A stretch of DNA of 46,252 nt from a bacterium (GTDB lineage Bacteria; Verrucomicrobiota; Kiritimatiellia; SPBP01). This document shows, one piece after another, positions 17,954 to 27,467 of this stretch. The notes beneath the pieces are model-generated. The model was not told where the DNA came from, made no database searches, and saw nothing but the letters and a program-made list of their open reading frames with translations. Made by a program: the position numbers and the translations under genes. Position 1 is the stretch's first letter. Every line of letters begins with the position of its first letter. Where the stretch lies: contig JBAXMA010000003.1 in the NCBI GenBank assembly GCA_037134535.1, positions 1 through 46,252 of the forward strand, in the 5' to 3' direction.

Positions 17954-19449
17954 TTTCTCTCCTGAGCAAGTACCGTGACATTCAGTCTTCCTACCATCTG
18001 TGCCAGGGCGAATTGCTCGGCGAACTCGCCCTCAATAAGGGCGATATGGGCTGCATCCACCGCAGTTTGTCCGAAAGTAGGGTCCATTTCTATCCAGTCT
18101 CCAGCATAGACTGCCGGCCAGGCGTGATAGCAGAAGGCCTCATAGGCTTCGGAGTATGCCAGGCCGATCTTCACGCTTGCGGGTATGCCGGCCGCGCGGG
18201 CAAGCGCAACGAACAGGTATGTGTGCTCGTTGCAGTCTCCGCGCCGCGTGCGCAGTACTTCAGCCGCTGACGGCACGCCAGGTGAGGCGACTTTCTCGAT
18301 GTTCTTGTAGACCCAGTTGCAGATGGCGATTGCAGAATCCATCACGTTTGTCTTGCCGGCCGTCAGCGAGGTTGCCAGTTTCACGATATCGGGTTCTGTT
18401 GCTTGAATGAAGGGCGAGGAGCCCAGATAGTCTTTCATTCTTTCCGGCCCAGGGGGAACAGCCGCGACAGTAGCGGGTATTCCGGCGGCTCTTACTGTAA
18501 GGAGAAATGCCCCGTCTGCCTCGTCTTCAATGGTCTGCCGGTTGCTGAGAATTCCTGATGACTTGGATGAAACGCCTCGCACCCGGAGTTTCAGCAAGGT
18601 GCACTCCCTCGGATTTGTGACGGCGACGTTCGGGTGCACCGCCAGGGCGTTGAGAAGATCTTCTGCATCAGCTCCCGTAGACACCGATGCCATTGCTTCC
18701 TCGGCGCCACATGCCTCAACGACCAGATCTTTCAAGAGTGTCTCCGCCCTGAGAATTGTGCTGTTGTCACCGATCCAGGATTGTGAACTGCTTCCCATGT
18801 ATTCTACAGCAAACACGGCAACATTGGTTTTGCCTCCCCGGAATTCGATCGTTTCACGTGGTAATGCACGAATGGTGACCAGCGTCGGACTCAAGGTGAG
18901 AGGTTCAAGAGTGCGTGTGGTCATGCTTTCGCCGGGCTTCATCCGGCTCATGGCGAGATCCATTCCCGGCGAGTAGACCACAACATCGTCCGGTATTGAG
19001 AGTGATCGTCTGTCTTTGGCGCCACCGGCATCGACTGTAACGTCAAACGTATTCCCGGTACTGCGCCTCCCGTGGACAATCGTTGAGCTGTGCCTGGACA
19101 GTGCTGCCATCCGGAACGATGTGAGACGATACAAAACATCCAGCCTGACGTCTGTGCTTACAGTGATTGATTCCCGCATCCCCATGAGATTGAGATTGAG
19201 CATCAACAGGTTCTCGACTCGATAGCGGGATATGGCGTTGTCGTCGTCGGTTTCAATCCGTGAATGGCTGTATCCCACAGGAGAGTTCTTGAGGAGCAGC
19301 CTCATCCATGTGTCCTTCACGACGATGCCCTGGGGGATAATGTCACGGTATCCGTTCAGGGAATGCGTGAAGTATCCTGGAAAAGCTTCGAATCGCACAA
19401 ACCATGCCGTGGTACAAAACCACGCTACCAGTATGAGAAGCCGTTTCAC
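17950..19449 (-). CDS. Exported or membrane-anchored transglutaminase-like (Cys-His-Asp) protein
   Basis: N-terminal hydrophobic segment; RGDCNEH, ALARAAGIPA, YHAW, WIEMDPTFGQ. Confidence 0.9.
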   Translation of the reverse strand: MKRLLILVAWFCTTAWFVRFEAFPGYFTHSLNGYRDIIPQGIVVKDTWMRLLLKNSPVGYSHSRIETDDDNAISRYRVENLLMLNLNLMGMRESITVSTDVRLDVLYRLTSFRMAALSRHSSTIVHGRRSTGNTFDVTVDAGGAKDRRSLSIPDDVVVYSPGMDLAMSRMKPGESMTTRTLEPLTLSPTLVTIRALPRETIEFRGGKTNVAVFAVEYMGSSSQSWIGDNSTILRAETLLKDLVVEACGAEEAMASVSTGADAEDLLNALAVHPNVAVTNPRECTLLKLRVRGVSSKSSGILSNRQTIEDEADGAFLLTVRAAGIPATVAAVPPGPERMKDYLGSSPFIQATEPDIVKLATSLTAGKTNVMDSAIAICNWVYKNIEKVASPGVPSAAEVLRTRRGDCNEHTYLFVALARAAGIPASVKIGLAYSEAYEAFCYHAWPAVYAGDWIEMDPTFGQTAVDAAHIALIEGEFAEQFALAQMVGRLNVTVLAQERK

Positions 19450-20558
19450 TGACTTTGTAACTCATTACGAACTTCAGCCAGATCTTTTTCAATCGCCTTG
19501 ATTTCCGGATCACTTTCTATGGCGGCTGTGCGTCTGCCCGCCGCAGACGCTGCAATTTCTTCCGCCTTCTCAAGCTCCTGCTGACAGCGCAGCATCTGGC
19601 CTTTCATGCCACGCATTTCCTCCAGCACGTCGCTGCGCTTCTGGCCCGTGGAACTATTCATCGTCTCTTCGAGCTTCATGGCCCTGTCACGCAAGGCATT
19701 ATAGCGGAGTTGAGCTGAATCCCTGCTCCGTTCGACCTCGGTTACTGGCCGGCTATCTGTAAGAGTCTTGCGACGTGCCTTGCCGCGTGCAATCAGTTCG
19801 GCTTCCCTTGTTCGCAGTCCCTGCAGTTTTTGCTCCTGCGGATCCTCTATTGCTGACACTTCTTCGAACGTTCCGGCAGATCCGGGCGCAGCCTCCGGCG
19901 GCTTGACAATTGTGACGGCCGGTCTGATTGGCGGGCGCGAGGCTGTCGGTCGTGTCGGTTTGGGGGTTGCTGCACTGTGGTGCTCAATGATAGTCGGAGC
20001 ACGTTGCCGGTTTTCCACCTTTGCAAGCTGCTCTTTCGCGGCCTTATCAGCAGGATCATCTTCAAGTATCTTCTTTGCAATTGCTGTAAGTTGTTCGTAT
20101 TGCTCCTGCTTCCATAATTCATCGAGCAATATCAGGCGGCCCATATTGATATTCCATTCCTGCGAGGCGGGCGAGAGGGCTCCATACGCTGCGTTGATAG
20201 CCGAGTCGGGCCCATCGTGAAGAAAGGTTCTGCCCGAGTTCCGCGCGGTCTGCAGGGGCTGATTGTAACCCTGATGGACGACCTCGGCCACTCTCTTTGC
20301 CGAACCAATCTTTCCAAGCCGGACTTCGCTCTCTATCAACCGGCTCAAAATGTCCTGATGAATGGCGGGATGGTAGCGGGCCCATGTTTCGTAGCGAACC
20401 AGTCGGTTCTCGGCCGCTGAGAAGTTGCCGCGCTCAATTTCTGTTTTTGCCTCTGCGAGCTGAAAGAGGACAATTGCGCGTCTGATCAATGGCGTTACCA
20501 TTACAATGAGAATGCAGCCAAGCAGCGCAGCCACCAGAGTGCCGATCAATGCTTTCAT
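19446..20558 (-). CDS. Membrane-anchored hypothetical protein (TPR-like helices, Pro-rich linker, coiled coil)
   Basis: N-terminal TM, TPR-like AKKILEDDPADKAAKEQL, P/T/A-rich linker, charged heptad C-terminus. Overlaps both neighbours. Confidence 0.75.
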   Translation of the reverse strand: MKALIGTLVAALLGCILIVMVTPLIRRAIVLFQLAEAKTEIERGNFSAAENRLVRYETWARYHPAIHQDILSRLIESEVRLGKIGSAKRVAEVVHQGYNQPLQTARNSGRTFLHDGPDSAINAAYGALSPASQEWNINMGRLILLDELWKQEQYEQLTAIAKKILEDDPADKAAKEQLAKVENRQRAPTIIEHHSAATPKPTRPTASRPPIRPAVTIVKPPEAAPGSAGTFEEVSAIEDPQEQKLQGLRTREAELIARGKARRKTLTDSRPVTEVERSRDSAQLRYNALRDRAMKLEETMNSSTGQKRSDVLEEMRGMKGQMLRCQQELEKAEEIAASAAGRRTAAIESDPEIKAIEKDLAEVRNELQSQ

Positions 20559-22096
20559 TACTTCTTTCCCGGCTTGGTATCGTCTTCCTCGCTCGCCTTG
20601 GCTGTTTGCTTGAAACGCAGGTGCGGAATCTGGTAGGTGCGCATAATTCGCTTGTTCGCTTCTTCAAGAGTTGCCTGATCGAGGATAATGTCTATTGACA
20701 TGGACAGAAGCCGGAAGCTCCTGAGCCCTTTATCCCGTTCAACCAGCGTGAAAACATCATCAATGTTTCGTACCGGATCCCCGTTAATGTGTGTGATAAC
20801 CTGATCTCGCAAGTGCTGGTAGCTGACATTGATCGGATCAGGCAGGACGTGAGACATGATAACAACTCGGTCACCGGGTCTTTCCGGCTTGTCGGCACTT
20901 GTGAGGTAGAGATGTACAAGCCTTGCGTCAGCGCTGGAATTCCAACCTTCGCCATATGCCCGCAGATAATCGCCGGTTAGCTCCCTGATCAGAAAACCGC
21001 CATCGGCAAGATACGCGGCCTGTTCGCCGGATGTGTTGTCGGGAATAAGCAGCTGATCATCCGTCCGTCTCGTCATTTCTACACTCACTGCCTTTATTTC
21101 ACCATTTCGAACGATTTTCGCATTAACGAGGTCGCCGGGATAGCGGTGGCCCTTGATCAGGTAGGGGAATGCAAGCCGCCCGAATTCGCTGTCTTTGTAG
21201 AAACCAAGCTTATCAACCGCGCAGTTGTCCCATTCAAGTATCACGTCTTGAGGCAGCAGCGACTTGGCAGCTCCAGTTCCTGATCTGACTTTCAGCACAA
21301 CAATCCCGCCGGGGAGGCGGTCCACCTTCAGATATCTCCTCTCGGCTGGGTCGACGAGCGGTGCCCACGAGAATCCCGCGCCCGCAAAACCACGGTAAAC
21401 CGGCTGAGCCATGTCGTCTATGAAATGCCGGAGAACCGGATAAGGCAGAAGCGTTCCCATGCGTGTATTGTGGTCATACCACATGATCAGGCCGGCAACC
21501 TTGTTACTGTGCAGAACGACGGCGCCCTGACCATTCACATTCATGTCTGCCAGCGCCGTGAAGGCAAGTACGCCTCCAAGGCCGGCCGGAAGGTCTGCCA
21601 CGGAGATCTCGACGATTGTTCCGGAGCTACGTGAAATTCCGTCTGTGTCATTGAACTGGACGATCTGGACAGGTGAGTCCTTGAGAACCTTTTCTGCGAG
21701 ACCGAGCGGAACAAGCCGGGGCATCCGGGCAGAATCCGCGATCTTCAGTACGGCAAGGTTTGCGTCCTTGTCAGATAATTCCACTGTAGCGGTATATTTT
21801 TCACCGCTAAGGCTCTCTTGAAGCTCAATCAGAGTATGATTACGAACAAGTTGCGCAATCGTCAGTACCCTGTTGGTGCCGATCAGGTAACCATAACCCT
21901 GCCGGACCGCCGGATCGGTCTTCTGCCATGGCATGAATGCGTCAAATCCCTGGCTTGTTACCATGACACGGACAAGACTGTTCTCCATGTCGTCTGGATA
22001 AGCCCGGCCCGGAATCACCAGCAGAATGAACACGAGCATTCCTGCCGCAATTTTGACTGTGCGCGAGATAAGATAGCTTTGGTTGATGGGTGGCAT
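20558..22096 (-). CDS. Deg/HtrA protease-PDZ paralogue, catalytically inactive
   Basis: Co-linear with the neighbouring protease (PWQ motif, two PDZ-like regions). TNAH is replaced by TIAQ, DCDLA by DANLA and NPGNSGG by NVNGQGA. Signal peptide present. Confidence 0.85.
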   Translation of the reverse strand: MPPINQSYLISRTVKIAAGMLVFILLVIPGRAYPDDMENSLVRVMVTSQGFDAFMPWQKTDPAVRQGYGYLIGTNRVLTIAQLVRNHTLIELQESLSGEKYTATVELSDKDANLAVLKIADSARMPRLVPLGLAEKVLKDSPVQIVQFNDTDGISRSSGTIVEISVADLPAGLGGVLAFTALADMNVNGQGAVVLHSNKVAGLIMWYDHNTRMGTLLPYPVLRHFIDDMAQPVYRGFAGAGFSWAPLVDPAERRYLKVDRLPGGIVVLKVRSGTGAAKSLLPQDVILEWDNCAVDKLGFYKDSEFGRLAFPYLIKGHRYPGDLVNAKIVRNGEIKAVSVEMTRRTDDQLLIPDNTSGEQAAYLADGGFLIRELTGDYLRAYGEGWNSSADARLVHLYLTSADKPERPGDRVVIMSHVLPDPINVSYQHLRDQVITHINGDPVRNIDDVFTLVERDKGLRSFRLLSMSIDIILDQATLEEANKRIMRTYQIPHLRFKQTAKASEEDDTKPGKK

Positions 22097-22111
22097 GTGT
22101 GAGTGTTTGGT

Positions 22112-23599
22112 CTATTTTGAATTAATTTCCGGCTCTATTTCCTGTTGTGTCCTGTGAATGCCATACCGGCGTTCAACTTCTGCTTCTGCCTTCGCCGCGG
22201 CCCGGGCATCTATCACCAGTACGTGCTCCATGCCTTCGAAACTCAGAACGTGGAAGCCGTCCTGAGGCTTGGCGATCGCATTTCTGAGATCCTTCAGGTT
22301 CCCGATTTTCACTCCGTTCGCCATCGCCACTATACCGTGCATGAACTGCTGATGGTATGTGTTGACGGGGTGGGGCAGGCGCGCGGTTAAAACCACAAAC
22401 TCCTCGCGGTTGGCGGCAAGATTGTCCGTTTTGGCGTAAAGAGAATAGTAGAGAAGTTGTTGCGCATTGCCGGTCCCGACCCCCTGACCGAGAGTCTTGA
22501 GGTACTCTCGAGTCAAGGGCGAAAACACCAGGCCTCCAATAATGAAACAGTCCGGGGTCTCGTCGTAGAGATTCCTGAACACAAAAGGATCACGCGGATT
22601 GGTCAGTGGCACAACGGCATTAGTTGTCGCTCCGCCACGCCAAATCCGGAAGTTTACGGATTCGCCCCATTGCTTGCGTTCCAGCAATTCGTGGTACTCC
22701 ATTGTCGTATTATCAAGCCGTACCGTACCATCGCTGCGAATCTCATGATTGTCGATAGCCATCAATACATCGCCCGGTTTCAAGACTTTTGCTGCAGCTC
22801 CGTATGGGTCGAGATAGTACACCACGACGCCCATCAAGTCGTTCTTCAGCTTGTACTCCTTTACGAGGGCGGGATTTTGTATAGACAGGGTGGCCGCACC
22901 AAGCTCCGGATAGCCGTTGTATGTGCCGTCGGAAATATCTGCAAGAAAGTGCTTAATTACGGGCATGGGGATCGCATAGCCGATGTTGTCGGCGTGCATG
23001 AGGCCCTGAAACGCCATTCCAACCACCTTGCCCTGATAGAATACAGGCCCGCCGCTGTTTCCCGGATTGATGGCGGCATCGACTTGCAGCACAAGATGAT
23101 TGTCCACTCCGCTGTGGCTGTACTCACCATAGTCGATCCTGGAGACGACTCCTCTGGTTACCGAGAGTTTTGTGCCGCCGACCGGATAGCCCAGTACAGA
23201 CACCTCGTCATTCAATTGCGGCAGAATTTCAGAAAGAGGCGCGGGTCGTGTGCCTTCAAAGAAATCAGGTTCGTCAACTTCCAGGATGGCAAGATCGCAG
23301 TCGTGCCCTATGAAACTTACCCGTGCCGCATGAAGTGTGGCCTCCTGATTCTTCTGCACCTGTATGAAGCGCGCATTGGAAACCACATGTGCATTGGTGA
23401 GAATTCGTTTCCGGCTGATGACAAAGCCTGTGCCGCTGGCCTGCATCGGAGGGAGCGCCTGCCACGGCAGCGCATAGTTCCTGTTCTGAACTGAAACGTA
23501 AATTTTTATGACCGCACTTGTAAGCAGCTTTTCGGCCGAGACGGCAGTGAGCGGTGGGATAAGCACGGCAGCCAGGAGCAAAGCCAGCAACCGCCTCAT
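22112..23599 (-). CDS. Deg/HtrA-family trypsin-like serine protease with PDZ domains (plant Deg2/Deg9-like architecture)
   Basis: Signal peptide MRRLLALLLAA; SGTGF, ILTNAHVV, HDCDLA, TRGVVSRI, QVDAAINPGNSGGP, GGLVFSPL. Confidence 0.93.
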   Translation of the reverse strand: MRRLLALLLAAVLIPPLTAVSAEKLLTSAVIKIYVSVQNRNYALPWQALPPMQASGTGFVISRKRILTNAHVVSNARFIQVQKNQEATLHAARVSFIGHDCDLAILEVDEPDFFEGTRPAPLSEILPQLNDEVSVLGYPVGGTKLSVTRGVVSRIDYGEYSHSGVDNHLVLQVDAAINPGNSGGPVFYQGKVVGMAFQGLMHADNIGYAIPMPVIKHFLADISDGTYNGYPELGAATLSIQNPALVKEYKLKNDLMGVVVYYLDPYGAAAKVLKPGDVLMAIDNHEIRSDGTVRLDNTTMEYHELLERKQWGESVNFRIWRGGATTNAVVPLTNPRDPFVFRNLYDETPDCFIIGGLVFSPLTREYLKTLGQGVGTGNAQQLLYYSLYAKTDNLAANREEFVVLTARLPHPVNTYHQQFMHGIVAMANGVKIGNLKDLRNAIAKPQDGFHVLSFEGMEHVLVIDARAAAKAEAEVERRYGIHRTQQEIEPEINSK

Positions 23600-23683
23600 G
23601 TTTGTCTGAAAGTTGAGTCCGATTAACCGTCTCACGATCACTCCCCTGATACAGATCCTACTCCCGCATTGTCGGCGCGAAAA

Positions 23684-24238
23684 CTAGAACTTATAGGCGA
23701 CTTCAAGGCCAAACTCCAGCTGGCTTGCGTCGAAATCCCCAACATCACCCCATTCTCTGAAAGAGTAGTATGCCACGCCTCTCAACTCAAGAGTGGAGGA
23801 GAAGGGCACATGCAGTCCGGCCTCGAGTTCCCAGTAGAGATCCGACCAGTGATTGACTTCCTTGCCTTGTACGTAGTGCTTGAGCACGCCTATTCCCAGC
23901 AGTAGCAGGTTCTCTTCAAACACCAGGCGTATCTGGGGAGTTACGATAGACTCTATGTTCGGCACTATAGACTGAGCGTTTAGTACCACTGACGTCATGG
24001 TGGTGTTTGGCGTGAAGCTGACGCCGAATTGCCAGTAAGCTTTTGCTTCGTGGTATTCATAAGCAAGAAGATAGCTCACGTCGCCGTCCCCGAACGGAGA
24101 CGCCGTGTCTTCTGGATGACTGACGTACTGACGGATGCCACCGGTGATTGTTGATGATTTTGCTGACTGCGCCGGAGCGGAGCTGACTTGGATACAAACT
24201 AGAAAAGCGGCTGCACCTATCAATGTCTTAGTCGTCAC
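23684..24238 (-). CDS. Small outer-membrane beta-barrel protein
   Basis: Likely GTG start with GAAGGA RBS, signal peptide, amphipathic aromatic-rich strands, and C-terminal LEVAYKF (BAM-type signal). Confidence 0.7.
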   Translation of the reverse strand: MTTKTLIGAAAFLVCIQVSSAPAQSAKSSTITGGIRQYVSHPEDTASPFGDGDVSYLLAYEYHEAKAYWQFGVSFTPNTTMTSVVLNAQSIVPNIESIVTPQIRLVFEENLLLLGIGVLKHYVQGKEVNHWSDLYWELEAGLHVPFSSTLELRGVAYYSFREWGDVGDFDASQLEFGLEVAYKF

Positions 24239-24418
24239 AACGGTTCCTTCTCTTTGCAAACAGGCAAACTTGCAGGTTTACAGTCACAATATCGGCTGCA
24301 TAATGCACAGTATTCAGCGCGGACTCAAGCTGCAATTCCTATCGCTTCTTACTTGCAACAGGAAGACGTTTCTATAATACTCGCATCTTTCCGAAAACAA
24401 GTGCGTGGAGGCAGTCAG

Positions 24419-25213
24419 ATGCATCTCGTTGTGTGTATCAAGCAGGTCCCGGACACGACCAATGTCAGGATAAATCCGGAGACCAATACCCTTATTCGTG
24501 CAGGAGTGGCTTCTGTCGTCAATCCTTTTGATATGTATGCGATTGAAGAGGCCGTAAGGATTAAGGAAAAACTCGGCGGTAAAGTTACGGTGCTCACAAT
24601 GGGTCCGCCTCAGGCCGACGCCGTGCTGCGCGAGGCTATTTCCATGGGTGCTGATGAGGGCGTTCTTGTTTCAGACAGGGCTTTCGCCGGTAGTGATACC
24701 TGGGCCACCAGTTATACCCTTGCGGCGGCCATCCGTAAAATCGGTGACTACGGTATTATTATCTGCGGGAAACAGGCTTCAGACGGCGACACCGCACAGG
24801 TAGGGCCCGGTATTGCAACACACCTTGATCTTCCCCAGGTGACTTATGTCAGGAAGATCCATGAAATTGCCGAGGATCATATTGTCGCTGAACGCATGCT
24901 GGACGAAGGGTCAGAAGTCATTACCTGCCCGGTGCCATGCATTTTAACGGTTGTCAAGGAATTGAACGAGCCGCGCCTGCCGTCCCTTCGTGGAAAAATG
25001 GCTGCAAAGAAGGCGCAGCTTATTCAATGGGCGGCAAAGGATCTTGACTGCGATCCCAAGGGGCTTGGCCTGGATGGCTCACCGACCAAGGTGGTGCGGA
25101 TCTTCACTCCTCCGCCCCGCGGTGGCGGCGAGATTCTTGCAGGTGAAGCTGACGCGGCTGTCCGTGCTCTTGTTGAAAAACTCAAAGATGTGGTCATCGC
25201 GACCTCCAAGTAG
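24419..25213 (+). CDS. etfB: Electron transfer flavoprotein beta subunit
   Basis: GGAGG RBS; MHLVVCIKQVPD, NPFD, TMGPPQA, FAGSDTWATS, GKQASDGDTAQVGP, NEPRLPS. Confidence 0.96.
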   Translation: MHLVVCIKQVPDTTNVRINPETNTLIRAGVASVVNPFDMYAIEEAVRIKEKLGGKVTVLTMGPPQADAVLREAISMGADEGVLVSDRAFAGSDTWATSYTLAAAIRKIGDYGIIICGKQASDGDTAQVGPGIATHLDLPQVTYVRKIHEIAEDHIVAERMLDEGSEVITCPVPCILTVVKELNEPRLPSLRGKMAAKKAQLIQWAAKDLDCDPKGLGLDGSPTKVVRIFTPPPRGGGEILAGEADAAVRALVEKLKDVVIATSK

Positions 25214-25221
25214 GTAATGAA

Positions 25222-26427
25222 ATGACACAAGAACCAATCAAAGTAATTGCTGACAAGTGCGTTGGATGCAGCCTGTGTGTAAAGTCCTGCCCGTTCGGAG
25301 CTGTTGTGCTGGAGAATAAGCTCGCAGTAATCGATCTCACAAAGTGCACCCTTTGCGGCGCGTGTGTTCAGGCCTGCCGGTTCGACTCTATAGAAATGGT
25401 CGCTAAGACCGCTGAGCAGAAGGATCTCAGTCTGTTTCGTGATGTGTGGGTGTTCGCCGAGCATCACGAAGGCAAGATCAACACTATTACCTACGAACTG
25501 CTCGGAAAAGGCCGCAAACTTGCCGACGATCTCGGTATGGATCTCTGCGCAGTACTGCTGGGCAAAGATATCAAGAGCCGGACAGAGGACCTGATAGCCC
25601 GCGGAGCTGACAAAGTCTATGTGATTGACCGGCCTGAACTCGAATATTTCCAGGATGAGATCTATGCCGCTGTACTGATCGAGGTGGTGAACAAGTATAA
25701 GCCGAATATCTTCCTTTGCGGCGCAACCACCGTTGGACGGAGCCTTGCCTCCCGCGTCGCTGTTAAGGTACACGTCGGTCTTACGGCAGACTGCACCGGT
25801 CTTGATATCGACCCTGCGACCCGGAATCTTGTACAGACCCGGCCGGCCTTTGGCGGAAACATCATGGCGGCAATCATTTCACCTAATCACAGGCCGCAGA
25901 TGGCTACGGTGCGACACAAGGTCATGAAGGAGTCCGGCGTTGATTCAACCCGGAAAGGGCGTGTGTTTGTTGAGAAGATTGCAGAAGCGCTCCTTCAGTC
26001 ACGGGCAAAGAGAATCAGGTTCGAGAAAGATGTGTCGGTAACTGTCAACATCGCAGAGGCCAATATTATTGTTTCGGGTGGTCGCGGACTTCAAAAGCCG
26101 GAGAATTTTGCAGTCATACGCGATATGGCGGATGTTCTCGGAGCCGCAGTTGGAGCTTCCCGCGCTGCCGTTGATGCAGGCTGGATTCCTTACTCTCACC
26201 AGGTTGGCCAGACCGGCAAGACTGTGTGCCCCAAGATCTACTTTGCCTGTGGAATAAGCGGGCAGATTCAACATCTGGCCGGCATGTCCTCGGCCGACAT
26301 AATAGTGGCCATCAACAAGGATCCGGATGCGCCCATTTTCAAGGCGGCTACGTATGGAATTGTTGGTGACGTTATGACCGTTGTTCCGCTGCTCACTGCC
26401 GAACTCAAAAAACTCCTCAAGAAGTAG
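25222..26427 (+). CDS. etfA: Electron transfer flavoprotein alpha subunit with N-terminal 2x[4Fe-4S] ferredoxin domain
   Basis: CVGCSLCVKSCP and CTLCGACVQAC; GLTADC, TRPAFGGN, RPQMATVR, SGGRG, QVGQTG, GISGQIQH, AINKD. Confidence 0.96.
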   Translation: MTQEPIKVIADKCVGCSLCVKSCPFGAVVLENKLAVIDLTKCTLCGACVQACRFDSIEMVAKTAEQKDLSLFRDVWVFAEHHEGKINTITYELLGKGRKLADDLGMDLCAVLLGKDIKSRTEDLIARGADKVYVIDRPELEYFQDEIYAAVLIEVVNKYKPNIFLCGATTVGRSLASRVAVKVHVGLTADCTGLDIDPATRNLVQTRPAFGGNIMAAIISPNHRPQMATVRHKVMKESGVDSTRKGRVFVEKIAEALLQSRAKRIRFEKDVSVTVNIAEANIIVSGGRGLQKPENFAVIRDMADVLGAAVGASRAAVDAGWIPYSHQVGQTGKTVCPKIYFACGISGQIQHLAGMSSADIIVAINKDPDAPIFKAATYGIVGDVMTVVPLLTAELKKLLKK

Positions 26428-26430
26428 CCC

Positions 26431-26847
26431 ATGGATATTGAGGTATTTGTAATCTGTGATGCGGCCACCGACAGTGCCGGCAAGCTGAATGTACTCGGCG
26501 CATTCGATTCCATACTGGGTAGAAACCTGCCGGTTCTGCATCCGCAATGTACTGTGGCCTTAAGGATGCGATTTTCCCGGCCCGAGGAGGGCGAACACAA
26601 GATTAAGGTCGGTCTTGTGGACGCGGATGGCCACCCGGTAGTTCCAGATCTGGATACGGGTCTGCATGTGCGATTCCATGGACCGGAATCATCCCTGGCT
26701 GCTAATATGATAATGAATCTGCAACGCGTGCAGTTCAAAACAGCCGGAGAACATTCAATTAATCTGTCAGTCGATGGCAGATTTGAGCGGGCCATTCCCC
26801 TGACGGTCAGGCTTATAAAGCAGGATTCCGCCCAGGTGCAGAACTGA
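26431..26847 (+). CDS. Conserved hypothetical small beta-rich protein (DUF6941-like)
   Basis: FVICDAA..GKLNVLGAFD motif; starts 3 bp after etfA. Confidence 0.7.
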   Translation: MDIEVFVICDAATDSAGKLNVLGAFDSILGRNLPVLHPQCTVALRMRFSRPEEGEHKIKVGLVDADGHPVVPDLDTGLHVRFHGPESSLAANMIMNLQRVQFKTAGEHSINLSVDGRFERAIPLTVRLIKQDSAQVQN

Positions 26848-26862
26848 CAAGCGATTGAGCTA

Positions 26863-27447
26863 TCAGCTGTATTTTCTTACGAGACTTCGAACTACTCCAC
26901 CGATGACCAGCGAGTGCCTGGGCACAATAGGACTGTATTTCTTGTTGGCAGGCTCAAGCCGGATTGTCTCCTGATCCTTCACGTAGTACTTCATTGTCCA
27001 CTCTCCGTCCACCTGGGCAACCACAATGTCACCACTGACGGGAGCGCAGCCTTTCTCGACGAGGACAATGTCGCCAGGGTGGATGCCGGCATCCATCATC
27101 GAGTCGCCAGACACTGTGAGCATGAATGTGGCGTTGGGCCGGCTGACAAGAAACTCATCAAGATTGAGCACATCAACAAGTTCCTCCTCGGCAGGGGAGG
27201 GAAAGCCGGCTTGGACTGTACCGAGCAATCGGATGGCGCCAGTCAGCTTGCCAGTGGGCGCAATCTTGTGTCCTGTCTTCCTGATATAGCCCAGGTCGGC
27301 AAGCTTTGTCAGAAGACCATGAACCGCGTTCTTTGACTTATAGTCGAGAACCACCATCATTTCGGTGTAGCCAGGGAGGCGGTTTTCTTTCCTGAAGAAC
27401 GAACGAAGCTTGTTCACTTTTGATTTGATGTCAGTTTTTCTGGGCAT
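26863..27447 (-). CDS. lexA: LexA/UmuD-like S24 autopeptidase repressor
   Basis: N-terminal wHTH (LPGYTEM..KSKNAVHGLL..L..LGYI), cleavage site VQAGFPSPA, catalytic Ser (VSGDSM) and Lys (WTMK), LEPAN. GGAGG RBS. Confidence 0.85.
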   Translation of the reverse strand: MPRKTDIKSKVNKLRSFFRKENRLPGYTEMMVVLDYKSKNAVHGLLTKLADLGYIRKTGHKIAPTGKLTGAIRLLGTVQAGFPSPAEEELVDVLNLDEFLVSRPNATFMLTVSGDSMMDAGIHPGDIVLVEKGCAPVSGDIVVAQVDGEWTMKYYVKDQETIRLEPANKKYSPIVPRHSLVIGGVVRSLVRKYS

Positions 27448-27467
27448 AATTTGACCTCCGACATGAA

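Noticed and set aside
22457-23494. 345-aa plus-strand ORF
   Set aside because: Antisense shadow of the Deg protease.
24254-24418. N-terminal extension of etfB
   Set aside because: The canonical EtfB start MHLVVCIKQVPD with a GGAGG RBS is at 24419; the upstream stretch is a divergent promoter region.
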